64,000 bases of DNA, from positions 52,041 through 116,040 of the IMG/VR virus record IMGVR_UViG_3300023238_000005; one strand, 5' to 3'. The position numbers were made by a program, and so were the translations under genes. Source of the DNA: a virus. Shown piece by piece: positions 28,961 to 38,223 of this stretch. The notes below the pieces were generated by a model. It was not told where the DNA came from, ran no database searches, and saw nothing but the letters and a program-made list of their open reading frames with translations. Position 1 is the first letter of the stretch. Every line of letters starts with the position of its first letter.

Positions 28961-30571
28961 TTATGATTTGGCTTTTACGTTATAGTGTAGTACAGCATTG
29001 TCGCTACTTGTTAAGTTTAACATCATAATGGCTATTGTGTCAACCGAAGAATTGCCATCTTCATCATAATTTTGTGCTTTAAATTTTAAGTTCTCAGCAA
29101 AGGTATTATTACCTGTATAGTTGAAATCATCTGAAAAGTTAAATGTATTATTTACAGGATCAACTATTAATGTCATTGTTCCTGATCTTGAAGCAATAAC
29201 TGCACTACTCTTATAAACATAATCAATTTCGTAGCCTTTAGTAGTATCTGCCGGCAGTCTAAATAGTTTTGAATATTCACCTGACTGTCCGATTGTAAGT
29301 TTGTGTGTTGTGTTGAATGTTGTAATACTTGGTCCTTCAACTTCTGGAACATATACAGAGCCATTCTTATATTCTTCAGTATATCCTAGTTCTTCACTAC
29401 GTTGGAACCAATCACCGTGACTATTATTTTTTATACTTTCAAATTTTATGATTGAATGGGCAGCTAAACTTGCATTGCCTCCGTTGTTTCCAACAGTATA
29501 GAATCTATTATTTTTACTAATATTATCAGTACCGTTTTTAATATGTATAGCGTGTGTATAAATGTCATTAAACTTACTGTTAGACACTGTATTATCAATC
29601 GGTCCGGTTTTTACTGGACCGTCTGAACTAAGTGCTGAATTAAGTCCAAATGCGTGTCCTTGCCAAAGAGTATTGAACGTACAATTTGTCCATGTGTTGT
29701 TTTTAATATCGTCATCTGATTTAATAGCAGTAACAAATTTCTCTACAATAACATTGTCAAACATATTGTTGTTAGATCCAACAGCAGTGCTTAGTGAATC
29801 TAATCGTATGCCGTCACTTTCGCCGGCTATTGTGCCACCGAGTGAATATGCACCTTTTATTAATAAATCCTTAAACACACTGTCTTTACAACTAGTTAAC
29901 ACTAATGCAGGACCTGTTGTGGCATTAATTGTTAAGCCTGATATGCTAATGTTTCTTGCTTGATTTAACGTTGTGCTAGTTGAATCATTAGCGTATACGC
30001 CCGGAGTACTTGAATCGTTTATTGTTCTAAATACATACGAAATGCCATTAATAATAGTCTTATCTTTGCCTGCGCCTCTAATAGTAGTATATGGCGGTAA
30101 GTATATGCTATTAGTAAGATTATACTCACCAGCTTCAAATATAAGTTCTACTCTTGCTTGAGTTGTGCCTTTGTTTGATGCATTTAAATACAGTTGATCA
30201 ATTGCTCGTTGTATTGCTACTGTTTGATCTGTGCCATCGCCTGCTACGCCAAAAGAACGAACACTCACTCTGTCATCTAATCTAGATTGCAGTGTACGCA
30301 GAACAGGATTATTAGCCGTGCTACCTGTTTGAACATTTGTACCAGTTTTGTATTGGTATGTATTCGCAAATTCAAATAAGTTATCAGCTTCGCTGAGTAG
30401 TTTAGTGTTGCCTACAAACGGTGATCCTTCTGCAACACTGCCGTTACCAATATATAACTCTTGTGAATCCACTGCCCAACCAAATTCTCCGCTGGCTAGT
30501 TGTGGCAACCCACTACCTACGTTTTTTTGTCCTCTGCGAACTTGAATTCGACTGATGGATACTACGGCCAT
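28961..30571 (-). CDS. Virion structural protein with beta-helix (pectate lyase-like) domain
   Basis: RIQVRRG...LASGEFGWAVDSQELYIG head domain; VSVRSFGVAGDGTDQTVAIQRAID. Confidence 0.8.
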   Translation of the reverse strand: MAVVSISRIQVRRGQKNVGSGLPQLASGEFGWAVDSQELYIGNGSVAEGSPFVGNTKLLSEADNLFEFANTYQYKTGTNVQTGSTANNPVLRTLQSRLDDRVSVRSFGVAGDGTDQTVAIQRAIDQLYLNASNKGTTQARVELIFEAGEYNLTNSIYLPPYTTIRGAGKDKTIINGISYVFRTINDSSTPGVYANDSTSTTLNQARNISISGLTINATTGPALVLTSCKDSVFKDLLIKGAYSLGGTIAGESDGIRLDSLSTAVGSNNNMFDNVIVEKFVTAIKSDDDIKNNTWTNCTFNTLWQGHAFGLNSALSSDGPVKTGPIDNTVSNSKFNDIYTHAIHIKNGTDNISKNNRFYTVGNNGGNASLAAHSIIKFESIKNNSHGDWFQRSEELGYTEEYKNGSVYVPEVEGPSITTFNTTHKLTIGQSGEYSKLFRLPADTTKGYEIDYVYKSSAVIASRSGTMTLIVDPVNNTFNFSDDFNYTGNNTFAENLKFKAQNYDEDGNSSVDTIAIMMLNLTSSDNAVLHYNVKAKS

Positions 30572-30600
30572 ACTATAACTCCTATTTCATTATATAATAT

Positions 30601-31308
30601 TTAGCCAAATTTCTCGTAGTACTGCTCGCAGCGTTTCCACCACTCTTGTGCCCAGTCATCAAACTCATCTGGCCATAGATCAAACTGCTGATAAGTCTCA
30701 CCACCTAGTTCAATTGGATCGTCACCTCGGCTACACATAAAGATATGACCTTCACGTATGTTAGTGCCATGTATTTCATTATGTCCTAGTGCATATGCTG
30801 TCATTTGCAAATAGTAGTCTTCTACCCACTCGGGCTTCTTTGGCTTATTTGTTTGCTTATGATCCATAATACAAGCTTCACCTTTGTACTGTCCTACTAG
30901 GTCAGTTGTGCCTGCAAAGATACCAGGAACATAAAGCGGAACTTCGCTACCCCATATCTCATCTACGTGACACATTGCTTCGTCACGGATAACTTCTGCC
31001 ATGCGATATGCTTTTTTAGAATAAGGATTGCTGCCTGGACTCTCTGTCCACACACCATTGTCAACATAGTCTTCAAGATACTTGTGCATACGTGTACCTA
31101 CGCCAGCAGCTTCAGTTACAATCTCTTGTGCTTTCTTTTCGCCTACGCGCCTGCGCCATTCATGTAAGTGTGTCATATCCTTAGTACCACTAAGAATAGT
31201 TGTTACACTAGCTACAGGTGGACCACCGGGTGCTGCATATCGACGCTTGCCGTTTACTTCAACACGTTGTAGTTTTTCGTACTTGTATTTGTCTATAATT
31301 AAACTCAA
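30601..31308 (-). CDS. PD-(D/E)xK exonuclease
   Basis: SVTTIL, GTRMH, AGTTDL, DHKQT, YYLQMTAY. Confidence 0.85.
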   Translation of the reverse strand: MSLIIDKYKYEKLQRVEVNGKRRYAAPGGPPVASVTTILSGTKDMTHLHEWRRRVGEKKAQEIVTEAAGVGTRMHKYLEDYVDNGVWTESPGSNPYSKKAYRMAEVIRDEAMCHVDEIWGSEVPLYVPGIFAGTTDLVGQYKGEACIMDHKQTNKPKKPEWVEDYYLQMTAYALGHNEIHGTNIREGHIFMCSRGDDPIELGGETYQQFDLWPDEFDDWAQEWWKRCEQYYEKFG

Positions 31309-31646
31309 TCTTCTGACTCCTTTGGTAGGTCATAATCGGCATCCCATGCAGCATCGCCAAATGGATCCGAAGCGTAATAAGGATCGTTAAAGGATGGATC
31401 ATCAATTCCTTCTACAGACTGTACCTCTGGAATCATGTTTGTCATCATTTGTTCAATGCCATGCTTGAGTGTCATAGTGCTGCCTGCACATCCGCTACAT
31501 GCTCCGCTAAGTTGTACAGTTACACAACCTTGTTCAAAGCTAACAAAGTTAACTTCGCCGCCGTGTTGCGCCACCGAAGGCGTTACGTATTGTTCCATTA
31601 CTTCTGTAATGTGTTTAACTATATCTTCTTGTGTTCTTTCAGTCAT
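31305..31646 (-). CDS. NfuA/NifU C-terminal domain Fe-S cluster carrier
   Basis: PSVAQHGGEV...LSGACSGCAGSTMTLKHGIE; start MTERTQ after AGGAG. Confidence 0.9.
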   Translation of the reverse strand: MTERTQEDIVKHITEVMEQYVTPSVAQHGGEVNFVSFEQGCVTVQLSGACSGCAGSTMTLKHGIEQMMTNMIPEVQSVEGIDDPSFNDPYYASDPFGDAAWDADYDLPKESED

Positions 31647-31647
31647 T

Positions 31648-31697
31648 AAAAAGCTCCTATTAGTGTATATTATAACACCAAATAGGAGCCTTGTCAA
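31648..31697 (-). promoter_or_regulatory. Sigma70 promoter whose spacer is complementary to the downstream RBS
   Basis: TTGACA-17-TATAAT; GCTCCTATT...AATAGGAGC then T run. Confidence 0.75.
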
Positions 31698-31705
31698 CCG
31701 TTATA

Positions 31706-32040
31706 TTATAGTTTGTCGCCGATGTCAGCTGCTGCCTTGCTAGCCATCTTTTTCCCAAGATCAGCTTTGGGTCCATCATTACCTGGTACTGCGCCAGCAA
31801 TATCATCTACTTCACTTTGTTTGAACTCAATCTTATCTTGATCAAAGTTAGTTACTAGAGCTTGTATTTTAGGATCTGCATCATACATTGCTTTAAAGCC
31901 TTCGAAGTCAAAGTTGCCTTTGCCTTGGTTGCGCATGTATTTGTCTAGCTTACTCATGGATAAAGCAGCCACACCGGCTGCTTTTTGTTGACGTAATAAA
32001 GCGTAGATGACACCGCCATCTACTGCACCTTCATTTACTT
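31706..32040 (-). CDS. Hypothetical protein, probably expressed as -1 frameshift extension of upstream gene
   Basis: Frame is open back to the A9 run; no convincing SD at the GTG (31972). Confidence 0.6.
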
Positions 32041-32874
32041 TTTTTTTGAATTAACAGTCTCGTAAAACTTGGCTGCTTCTTTGCCATGCTTTTTAACAAA
32101 CTTTGCTTTAGTCATGTCTTGTGCTTCTGCAATGAGTCCTTCGCGCTGGATTGACTCACGCTTCTCACGTCCGCCTAGCTCTTCGCCGCCTGCTGCTGCA
32201 TCTGCTGCTCCAAATTCGTCATCTTGTGGAACATCATCCATATTCATGTCTGGTTCTATGTCGCCGTCTACTGGTTCCATATCCATATCTGGCTCTTCAG
32301 CACCCATAGTATCCATTGGCTCACCTTCGCCAGTTAGCATGCCTACGCCGCCTGTTAGTGCAATACGTGTTGTTTCCATTACGCCATACATTGCTTCTAG
32401 TGCTGGTTTAACTACTGCTGTAAATGCTTCAGCTGATTCGCTGCCCATTTCGTCCCGGATTGCATCAGCTAGTTCTAGCATGGATTCAGTTTGCATTTCT
32501 GCTGTGTCTTCCATCCAACCAGTAACACGATCAACCATGTCCTTAGCTGCCATTACTAGTTCTGCTTTGTCTTCTTCGCCTTCATTAACTTGCTCAATAG
32601 CTTCGTCAATTGCGATAGCAACATCGTCACGCTCATGGAGTGCAGCGTTAAGTACGTCTAGGAACAATTTGTTCTTAGTGTGTCCTTTTTGCTGGACAGC
32701 ATCAAAGCTTTCAGTTGTTTCTACATTAAATACTTGGGTACGTAGTTTGTTACGAGCGTCTTGAAGTTGCTCTGTAGTAAACTCGTCGATGTTGATTTTT
32801 GAACCAAAGCGTTTAGCTAGGCTTTCGTTTAGTTTTGCAGCCGTTACCGGCGCTGAAAATTCTCTAATTTGCAT
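32035..32874 (-). CDS. Acidic prohead core/scaffold-like protein
   Basis: Very acidic helical protein, multiple (L/V)xE sites, in head-gene cluster. Confidence 0.55.
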   Translation of the reverse strand: MQIREFSAPVTAAKLNESLAKRFGSKINIDEFTTEQLQDARNKLRTQVFNVETTESFDAVQQKGHTKNKLFLDVLNAALHERDDVAIAIDEAIEQVNEGEEDKAELVMAAKDMVDRVTGWMEDTAEMQTESMLELADAIRDEMGSESAEAFTAVVKPALEAMYGVMETTRIALTGGVGMLTGEGEPMDTMGAEEPDMDMEPVDGDIEPDMNMDDVPQDDEFGAADAAAGGEELGGREKRESIQREGLIAEAQDMTKAKFVKKHGKEAAKFYETVNSKKK

Positions 32875-32921
32875 TTTACTCTTCCTGTTGATAGGTGTTG
32901 TGTTCTATATTATATTTATCA

Positions 32922-33341
32922 CTAACAAAAAATATAACGGTCTAAAAGGCTGCGCACACGTCGTGATTCCTGTATAGCAACATCTAACCTAGTTTCTCTT
33001 ATCTCTTTCTTTGCATCATCTGTTGTATTACGTATTGCATGCTTATAAAAGATAGCATCATTGTAATGTTTTAACATTGTGCCGTCAAACTCCATTGCTT
33101 GTTCAGTAATGTCTTTACCTTGTGCAAGATTCTTAGCAATAGCAACTGCTGTAGTCTTAAAGTAGGTTCTTACTACTTGTTTATTCTCTTTAGCGTCATA
33201 TATCAAGTAGCCTTTAGGACTCTTACGTATAATGACATGCTTGATCCTAATACTATTTCCTCGTTGATGAGGGATAGCACTATCTTCAAGTCCTCTATTA
33301 ACAATTTCTTCAAGGTCATTTAAAAGCTTTTCAGTTATCAT
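32922..33341 (-). CDS. Hypothetical protein
   Basis: Coupled ORF in late operon. Confidence 0.7.
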   Translation of the reverse strand: MITEKLLNDLEEIVNRGLEDSAIPHQRGNSIRIKHVIIRKSPKGYLIYDAKENKQVVRTYFKTTAVAIAKNLAQGKDITEQAMEFDGTMLKHYNDAIFYKHAIRNTTDDAKKEIRETRLDVAIQESRRVRSLLDRYIFC

Positions 33342-33531
33342 TCCGTATCACCATTATCGTCCCATTGTGTTGTACTTTACTTATTATACTCTTACGAATT
33401 AGATTGTTGATAATGGTTTGTTCACGCTCTGGAAATGCTCCAAGCGGACGCGGCTCATCAATACTTGCCAAGAGTTGTTTTTCCTCATTGGTCTTATAAG
33501 TGTTTTTAATGATAAGCTCGTTAATTTTCAT
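33331..33531 (-). CDS. Hypothetical protein (MKINEL N-terminus)
   Basis: ATGA-coupled ORF. Confidence 0.7.
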   Translation of the reverse strand: MKINELIIKNTYKTNEEKQLLASIDEPRPLGAFPEREQTIINNLIRKSIISKVQHNGTIMVIRNDN

Positions 33532-33791
33532 TTAATTGACTGTAACTGCTGTTGTAATGTTTTCAGCTGATCTTGTGTAGCTTTAATTTGTACTTGAATT
33601 GCTTTCTTTTGCTCTTGCTTTGCTTTTTGTGCTTCAGGACTATTAGGATCAGGTTGTCCCATTTCTTCGCCAGGTTTTTGCGTAGGTTGTCCAGGTTTAG
33701 CAGCAGGTGTGCCAGCAACATTTACTGGAGCAACTCCAACTGCCGCTGTACCTTGAGCGTCTGCAGGTATTCCTAATTCAAAGATTTTCAT
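33528..33791 (-). CDS. Hypothetical Pro/Gln-rich protein (MKIFEL N-terminus)
   Basis: ATGA-coupled ORF. Confidence 0.7.
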   Translation of the reverse strand: MKIFELGIPADAQGTAAVGVAPVNVAGTPAAKPGQPTQKPGEEMGQPDPNSPEAQKAKQEQKKAIQVQIKATQDQLKTLQQQLQSIK

Positions 33792-34114
33792 ATTCTACTT
33801 CCTCTACGCTTAGTCTTGCTTATTGTCCTGCGCCCAGTATTTAATCGTTTTAATCTTTGACTTGCTGGATTTGTTCTTTTAGTTCTACTAGCCTTAATGC
33901 CTATAGTTGAACCTTTTTTGCGTCTAGTTTGTTTAAGTGTGTTAGACGCTTTCATATTCTTAGGAGCATTACAAGTTGCAGGCTTTGCAACAATACGTCC
34001 TTTACGAGTGCCAGTTGTGCAACGATACTTGCGAACAGTCTTGTTTCCGCTCTTGCCAAAGATAGTTGTGACACCTTCTTCAATAATGTCGTTATATAGA
34101 TCACGTAATAACAT
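33788..34114 (-). CDS. Highly basic head-core-like protein, paralog 2
   Basis: RKYRCTTGTRKGRIVAKPATCNAP...KRTNPAS. Confidence 0.75.
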   Translation of the reverse strand: MLLRDLYNDIIEEGVTTIFGKSGNKTVRKYRCTTGTRKGRIVAKPATCNAPKNMKASNTLKQTRRKKGSTIGIKASRTKRTNPASQRLKRLNTGRRTISKTKRRGSRI

Positions 34115-34411
34115 CTATCTTCTCTTACGGTTAAGAGCTTGTACTCTTTTACTTGCTGGATTAATGCGCTTAGTCTTTTTAGCTTTGCGTATCATCCTGC
34201 TGCCGAGTCTAGCTTTAGTCTTCTTAAAAGCCATACGCTTTTTAATGTCAGGCGCTGCAAAGCACTGTGCCATCTTAGCAACAACTCTATTTTTGCGGGG
34301 ACCACTTGAACAACGATACTTGCGAACAACCTTCTTTCCAGAACGTGCCCATGTTTGACCTTCTTCTAGGTCTGCTTCTGTTGGATCAATAAAAAACTCA
34401 CGTAATAACAT
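34115..34411 (-). CDS. Highly basic head-core-like protein, paralog 1
   Basis: RKYRCSSGPRKNRVVAKMAQCFAAP...KRINPAS. Confidence 0.75.
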   Translation of the reverse strand: MLLREFFIDPTEADLEEGQTWARSGKKVVRKYRCSSGPRKNRVVAKMAQCFAAPDIKKRMAFKKTKARLGSRMIRKAKKTKRINPASKRVQALNRKRR

Positions 34412-34436
34412 ATAGTTATTTATCGTGAGTGGAAGG

Positions 34437-34667
34437 TTACTGTAATAAAATTACAATGATGGTTGATAATAGTCCTGTTACTATTGTGCCTGCTGCTCCA
34501 ATAATAACTTTGGTCATTGATTGCTGACCTGTACTAATTACAGTATGTAATGTGTCTATCTTTGTTTCTACGTTAGAAAGGCGCTCGTCTAATTGTTCGT
34601 AGCGTATTGCACATAAGTCAACATGTGCTTCTAGATTATTTCTTTCTAATTCGGTAGTACTTGGCAT
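34437..34667 (-). CDS. Coiled-coil protein with C-terminal TM helix
   Basis: LEAHVDLCAIRYEQL heptads, hydrophobic tail. Confidence 0.7.
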   Translation of the reverse strand: MPSTTELERNNLEAHVDLCAIRYEQLDERLSNVETKIDTLHTVISTGQQSMTKVIIGAAGTIVTGLLSTIIVILLQ

Positions 34668-34774
34668 TATAAATCCTCAAAACCCGTCTTATCGTAGGTT
34701 GTATTCTGTAAGTAAACTCTAAGTTAGCCTTGATGTGTGATTTAAAATGCCTGGTAGTTTTTTAGGCTACAAAG

Positions 34775-35170
34775 TTATTTATCATCAATTTCAAAAAATA
34801 TGTTGCATTTAGCGGTATCTTTGGTAAGAAAATGTGCATTATCAAACTCTGCTGTTTCATCTAACTTTGTAATGATTGGTATTAAATCAAAGTCATTTAC
34901 TAGTGTTTCAACATCTAGTGCGTCTCTAAATTCCATATCAAAAGCGTATTTCCACACGCTTTGTTTAGTTTTAAATGATGTTCCTAACCCTAATTTACTA
35001 GGTACTTCGCTAATGATTGTAGGCGATCCAATGTATTCTGGATTAACTCTTAACCCAATTGTTTGCATCACAGTAAGGAAGTTTTGCTGCTGTCGATACT
35101 GTTTAGGATCTTCGCCGCGTCGACTACCGGTCTCGGTTATATCTACTAATGTATGTATTATAAATCTCAT
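34775..35170 (-). CDS. Hypothetical protein
   Basis: TLVDITETG...QQQNFLT..QTIGLR. Confidence 0.7.
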   Translation of the reverse strand: MRFIIHTLVDITETGSRRGEDPKQYRQQQNFLTVMQTIGLRVNPEYIGSPTIISEVPSKLGLGTSFKTKQSVWKYAFDMEFRDALDVETLVNDFDLIPIITKLDETAEFDNAHFLTKDTAKCNIFFEIDDK

Positions 35171-35190
35171 ATAGTATTTAAGTCATAAAA

Positions 35191-35218
35191 AAACAGTCAC
35201 TCGTTAAAGTGACTGTTT
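35191..35218 (-). terminator. Intrinsic terminator
   Basis: AAACAGTCAC...GTGACTGTTT followed by T run on minus strand. Confidence 0.75.
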
Positions 35219-35270
35219 AGTGTGACGCCTGCCTTGCGGCCGTATATCACGATTCTAAGGTAGTTAGAAT

Positions 35271-35600
35271 TTAGTCAATAAACTCAGCAATTAGCGTAGT
35301 TGTAATACCAGTGGTGCCGATACCAAAGTCAGCTGCTGCTGTTAGTACGCCTGTGCCTTGAATTGCAATTTGCACGTCATCAGTTGTTCCGCCTGTAAAC
35401 ACGCCTGATTCTGTTAATACACTAATACCTGTGATAGTATGTGCATCGTTAGTTCCTGCTACGTCACCTGCTGACACGTAAAGTACTAATGCGTCAAATT
35501 CTTCTTGAGTCATGTTAGTTTTTGCTGCGTTAATGATTCTAGTACGTGGACCTAAACCGTTACCTGCTTTTGCTGTTGCGTTTGTTGTTACTGATGCCAT
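35271..35600 (-). CDS. Small virion structural protein (decoration-like)
   Basis: Thr/Ala/Gly rich, strong RBS, late promoter, own terminator. Confidence 0.6.
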   Translation of the reverse strand: MASVTTNATAKAGNGLGPRTRIINAAKTNMTQEEFDALVLYVSAGDVAGTNDAHTITGISVLTESGVFTGGTTDDVQIAIQGTGVLTAAADFGIGTTGITTTLIAEFID

Positions 35601-35691
35601 TTTATATTCTCCTGGGTTCTAATGGTAAAGTAAGATTCTCTTCTTACTTGTATAATATTATTTATCATCTTACTAAAAAAAGCACCGGTTG

Positions 35692-36633
35692 TTAGGATCG
35701 TTTAGCTCTCTTATGCACTGCTCGTAGCTGTTGAACTGCTCCTGGACCCGCTTTTACAATATCATCTATCATTTTAATAGCTGGTAAGTAGGCTGCAACC
35801 ATGTTTGCACTTGCTGCTTTACCGTCCTTGGCTTGCTCTAGGAACTTCTTAGTAAGTGCTAAGTTCCTGTCTCCTACTAGATATCTATACAATGCTAGTT
35901 CGGCGCCTGTAGTACTTAGGTCAGGCGTTGATATAGTTGGTTCTGGATCTATTACACTTGCTTTTTCTAAGTTCTTAATTGCTGCAAACTTTTCAAAGTC
36001 CTCAATGATGTCTGAGCTGCGTAGTTTAGCACGAACAGCATAGATAAGGCGTGTGGATATTAAACGCTTCTCTGCTTTGGTCAAACGTGCAAAGTTCATT
36101 AAGTTTCTACGTATTGATTTGTAGTCACTGTTGCTAACTTTAAGTGCAGATTCAATTGCTTGAAACATATTGTTTAATTGCACTGGAGTTTTACCTTGTG
36201 CAACTGCGTTAATGTATCTATTAATAGCAGACGTTGGTAACTTTGTACTAGCTCGCATACGCTTTGCTGACTCAGGATCTTTAAGCTTATCCTGTGCGCC
36301 ACTGTCTCCTACAAGGAAATATGTAAAGTTGTAGAGATCAGTACCCATAATGCGATACATTTTGTATTGCTCAAAGCCAGCTGTCTTCTTTGCATAACGT
36401 TGCACGTAAGCTTTAAAGTCTGGATACTGTCGCATTGTTTCCAAAGCCAACAGTGTTAGATACATACGTTCACCACAGTCAGTGTAAGTCAACTTCTTAG
36501 CATTGCCATTATCTTTGGTCATGCGCGACTCTTGCAGATCTCTTAAGAAAGAATATGATTCCTCTTGTACTGGCGGCACTTCATGTCCGCCATCTATCTC
36601 TGCCCATTGTGCTGCCGTAAACTTGTCAGTCAT
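35692..36633 (-). CDS. Hypothetical virion protein
   Basis: 313 aa coupled ORF. Confidence 0.7.
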   Translation of the reverse strand: MTDKFTAAQWAEIDGGHEVPPVQEESYSFLRDLQESRMTKDNGNAKKLTYTDCGERMYLTLLALETMRQYPDFKAYVQRYAKKTAGFEQYKMYRIMGTDLYNFTYFLVGDSGAQDKLKDPESAKRMRASTKLPTSAINRYINAVAQGKTPVQLNNMFQAIESALKVSNSDYKSIRRNLMNFARLTKAEKRLISTRLIYAVRAKLRSSDIIEDFEKFAAIKNLEKASVIDPEPTISTPDLSTTGAELALYRYLVGDRNLALTKKFLEQAKDGKAASANMVAAYLPAIKMIDDIVKAGPGAVQQLRAVHKRAKRS

Positions 36634-37100
36634 TACTGTGTTGCTAATCTTGCTGCTTTATCTGCTGCGCTATCATCATCAGCAGGTGCTGCAAACTCGT
36701 CATCTTCTGGCTCGTCAGCTTTAGCTGGCTCTGCCATTTTAGGTTTAACGTCTTCTGCATCTTGTGTGAATTTAATAAGCTCTTTAACTTTAGAAACTTC
36801 AACTCCAGCCTTCTTAGCAACTTCTGCAAACATTTTTGCAAGAGAGTCTTTAGGCTGCATGCCTGGTAGCGGCTTGCCTGGATCGTGTGGACCAAATGAT
36901 GTTCCAACAGCAGCTAATATATCGCCAACTTTTAAAAGGTCATCTAAGCGTCTTAGTTCGTCGTCAGTCATACCTTTAAGACTACCGTGTTCGCCAGTGC
37001 CGTGACCTAGTCGATTCATCTTTTGTCCTAAAGGAGCAATAACTTTCCTTGCATAATCCGAACCATCATACTGGACTTCTGTTACTTCATTAATTTTCAT
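36633..37100 (-). CDS. Hypothetical protein (MKINEV N-terminus)
   Basis: 155 aa coupled ORF. Confidence 0.7.
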   Translation of the reverse strand: MKINEVTEVQYDGSDYARKVIAPLGQKMNRLGHGTGEHGSLKGMTDDELRRLDDLLKVGDILAAVGTSFGPHDPGKPLPGMQPKDSLAKMFAEVAKKAGVEVSKVKELIKFTQDAEDVKPKMAEPAKADEPEDDEFAAPADDDSAADKAARLATQ

Positions 37101-37110
37101 TGTCTATTCC

Positions 37111-38223
37111 TTAATTTGGTTGCCAACGCTGACGCGGCACTAGTTTAGTCTTTGATCCTAGAGCAACGTATCCTTCGCCACCCTTCTCACCTTTTGTTGT
37201 TGCTGTTACATCAGCAGGAGCATTATCTAACTGATCAATAATATGATCCTTTACAGTCATGATCTGTTTTACAAGACCAAACAATGCAGGCAATGCCTTA
37301 GGACTTGCTGTGTTCATATCTGCAATCTTTGCTTGCTTGTTAGTACTTACCTTTGATGCACCTAGCCAGTCAAAGAAACCATTTTCAATATTCTTTAATT
37401 GCTGTGTGCGTGTCATATGGTTAACGTATGTATAAATGATGTTCTTCATATCACTTAGTCCTTGAACAGGAGCAAGAAATGCATCAACTAACTGGGCAGT
37501 TTTTGCTGCTGTAGCTCTGATACTCTTAACTTCTGATGTGTCAACTTTAGGCTGATGTGTTACATATGTCTGCCCTAGTACTACTACATCATTGCTGTTA
37601 AGTTCTTTTACATCTTTAATAGGTGTTGCAGACTTTGAACCAAACTCTTCAAGTTTTGTGTGAACTACTACACCAACTTTTGAGTTCGCTATGCGCCCAC
37701 CTATTTGGCCATTCGTATCAACTGTGTACTTAACCAAGTTTGGTTCAAATTCTACTGCGCCTTTAGTTGCTGTAAAAGGCTTGCGTGGACTGTATAGCAA
37801 GTCGCCATAAACATATCCTCGGAAGCTTCCAGGAGTTGCTGATTTCATTAGTTCAAACACTTCTGCCATTTCTTCGCCGAAGTCCTTGCGCCAAGGTTGT
37901 TCTTCTACACCCTTGCCTGAATTTTGTATAAAGCGTGATAGATCATCTGCGCTTGTTGACTTGTTGCGTCCCCAACCATTTTTACCTACTAGAACAAACT
38001 CGCCGTCTGGCTCGCGTCCCCAATAGATAGTTGGATTGCCGTCCCACTTGATTGCAACATCACTGCTGTCAGTGCCTAGCTTGTCTAGAATGTCTGCTGC
38101 TTCTACTGCTCCTGCTGAGCCTTTAACAAACACAAGATCTTCTAGGTGATTATACTCGCGACCTTTAAACTCTTCAGTTAATACTGCTTCAGTTAATACT
38201 GTTCGGAACTCTTGGTATCTCAT
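37111..38223 (-). CDS. Ligase-like nucleotidyltransferase (KxDG), DUF6267-like
   Basis: HLEDL...IKWDGNP, YGDLLY, GEGYV, KLVPR. Confidence 0.65.
   Translation of the reverse strand: MRYQEFRTVLTEAVLTEEFKGREYNHLEDLVFVKGSAGAVEAADILDKLGTDSSDVAIKWDGNPTIYWGREPDGEFVLVGKNGWGRNKSTSADDLSRFIQNSGKGVEEQPWRKDFGEEMAEVFELMKSATPGSFRGYVYGDLLYSPRKPFTATKGAVEFEPNLVKYTVDTNGQIGGRIANSKVGVVVHTKLEEFGSKSATPIKDVKELNSNDVVVLGQTYVTHQPKVDTSEVKSIRATAAKTAQLVDAFLAPVQGLSDMKNIIYTYVNHMTRTQQLKNIENGFFDWLGASKVSTNKQAKIADMNTASPKALPALFGLVKQIMTVKDHIIDQLDNAPADVTATTKGEKGGEGYVALGSKTKLVPRQRWQPN

Noticed and set aside
28961-30571. Diversity-generating retroelement target, because of the Mtd-like N-terminal head domain
   Set aside because: No reverse transcriptase and no template/variable repeat pair seen
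34670-34775. Riboswitch in the long leader of the coiled-coil/TM gene
   Set aside because: Only a superficial AGGCATTT resemblance to SAM-V; required pairings not found
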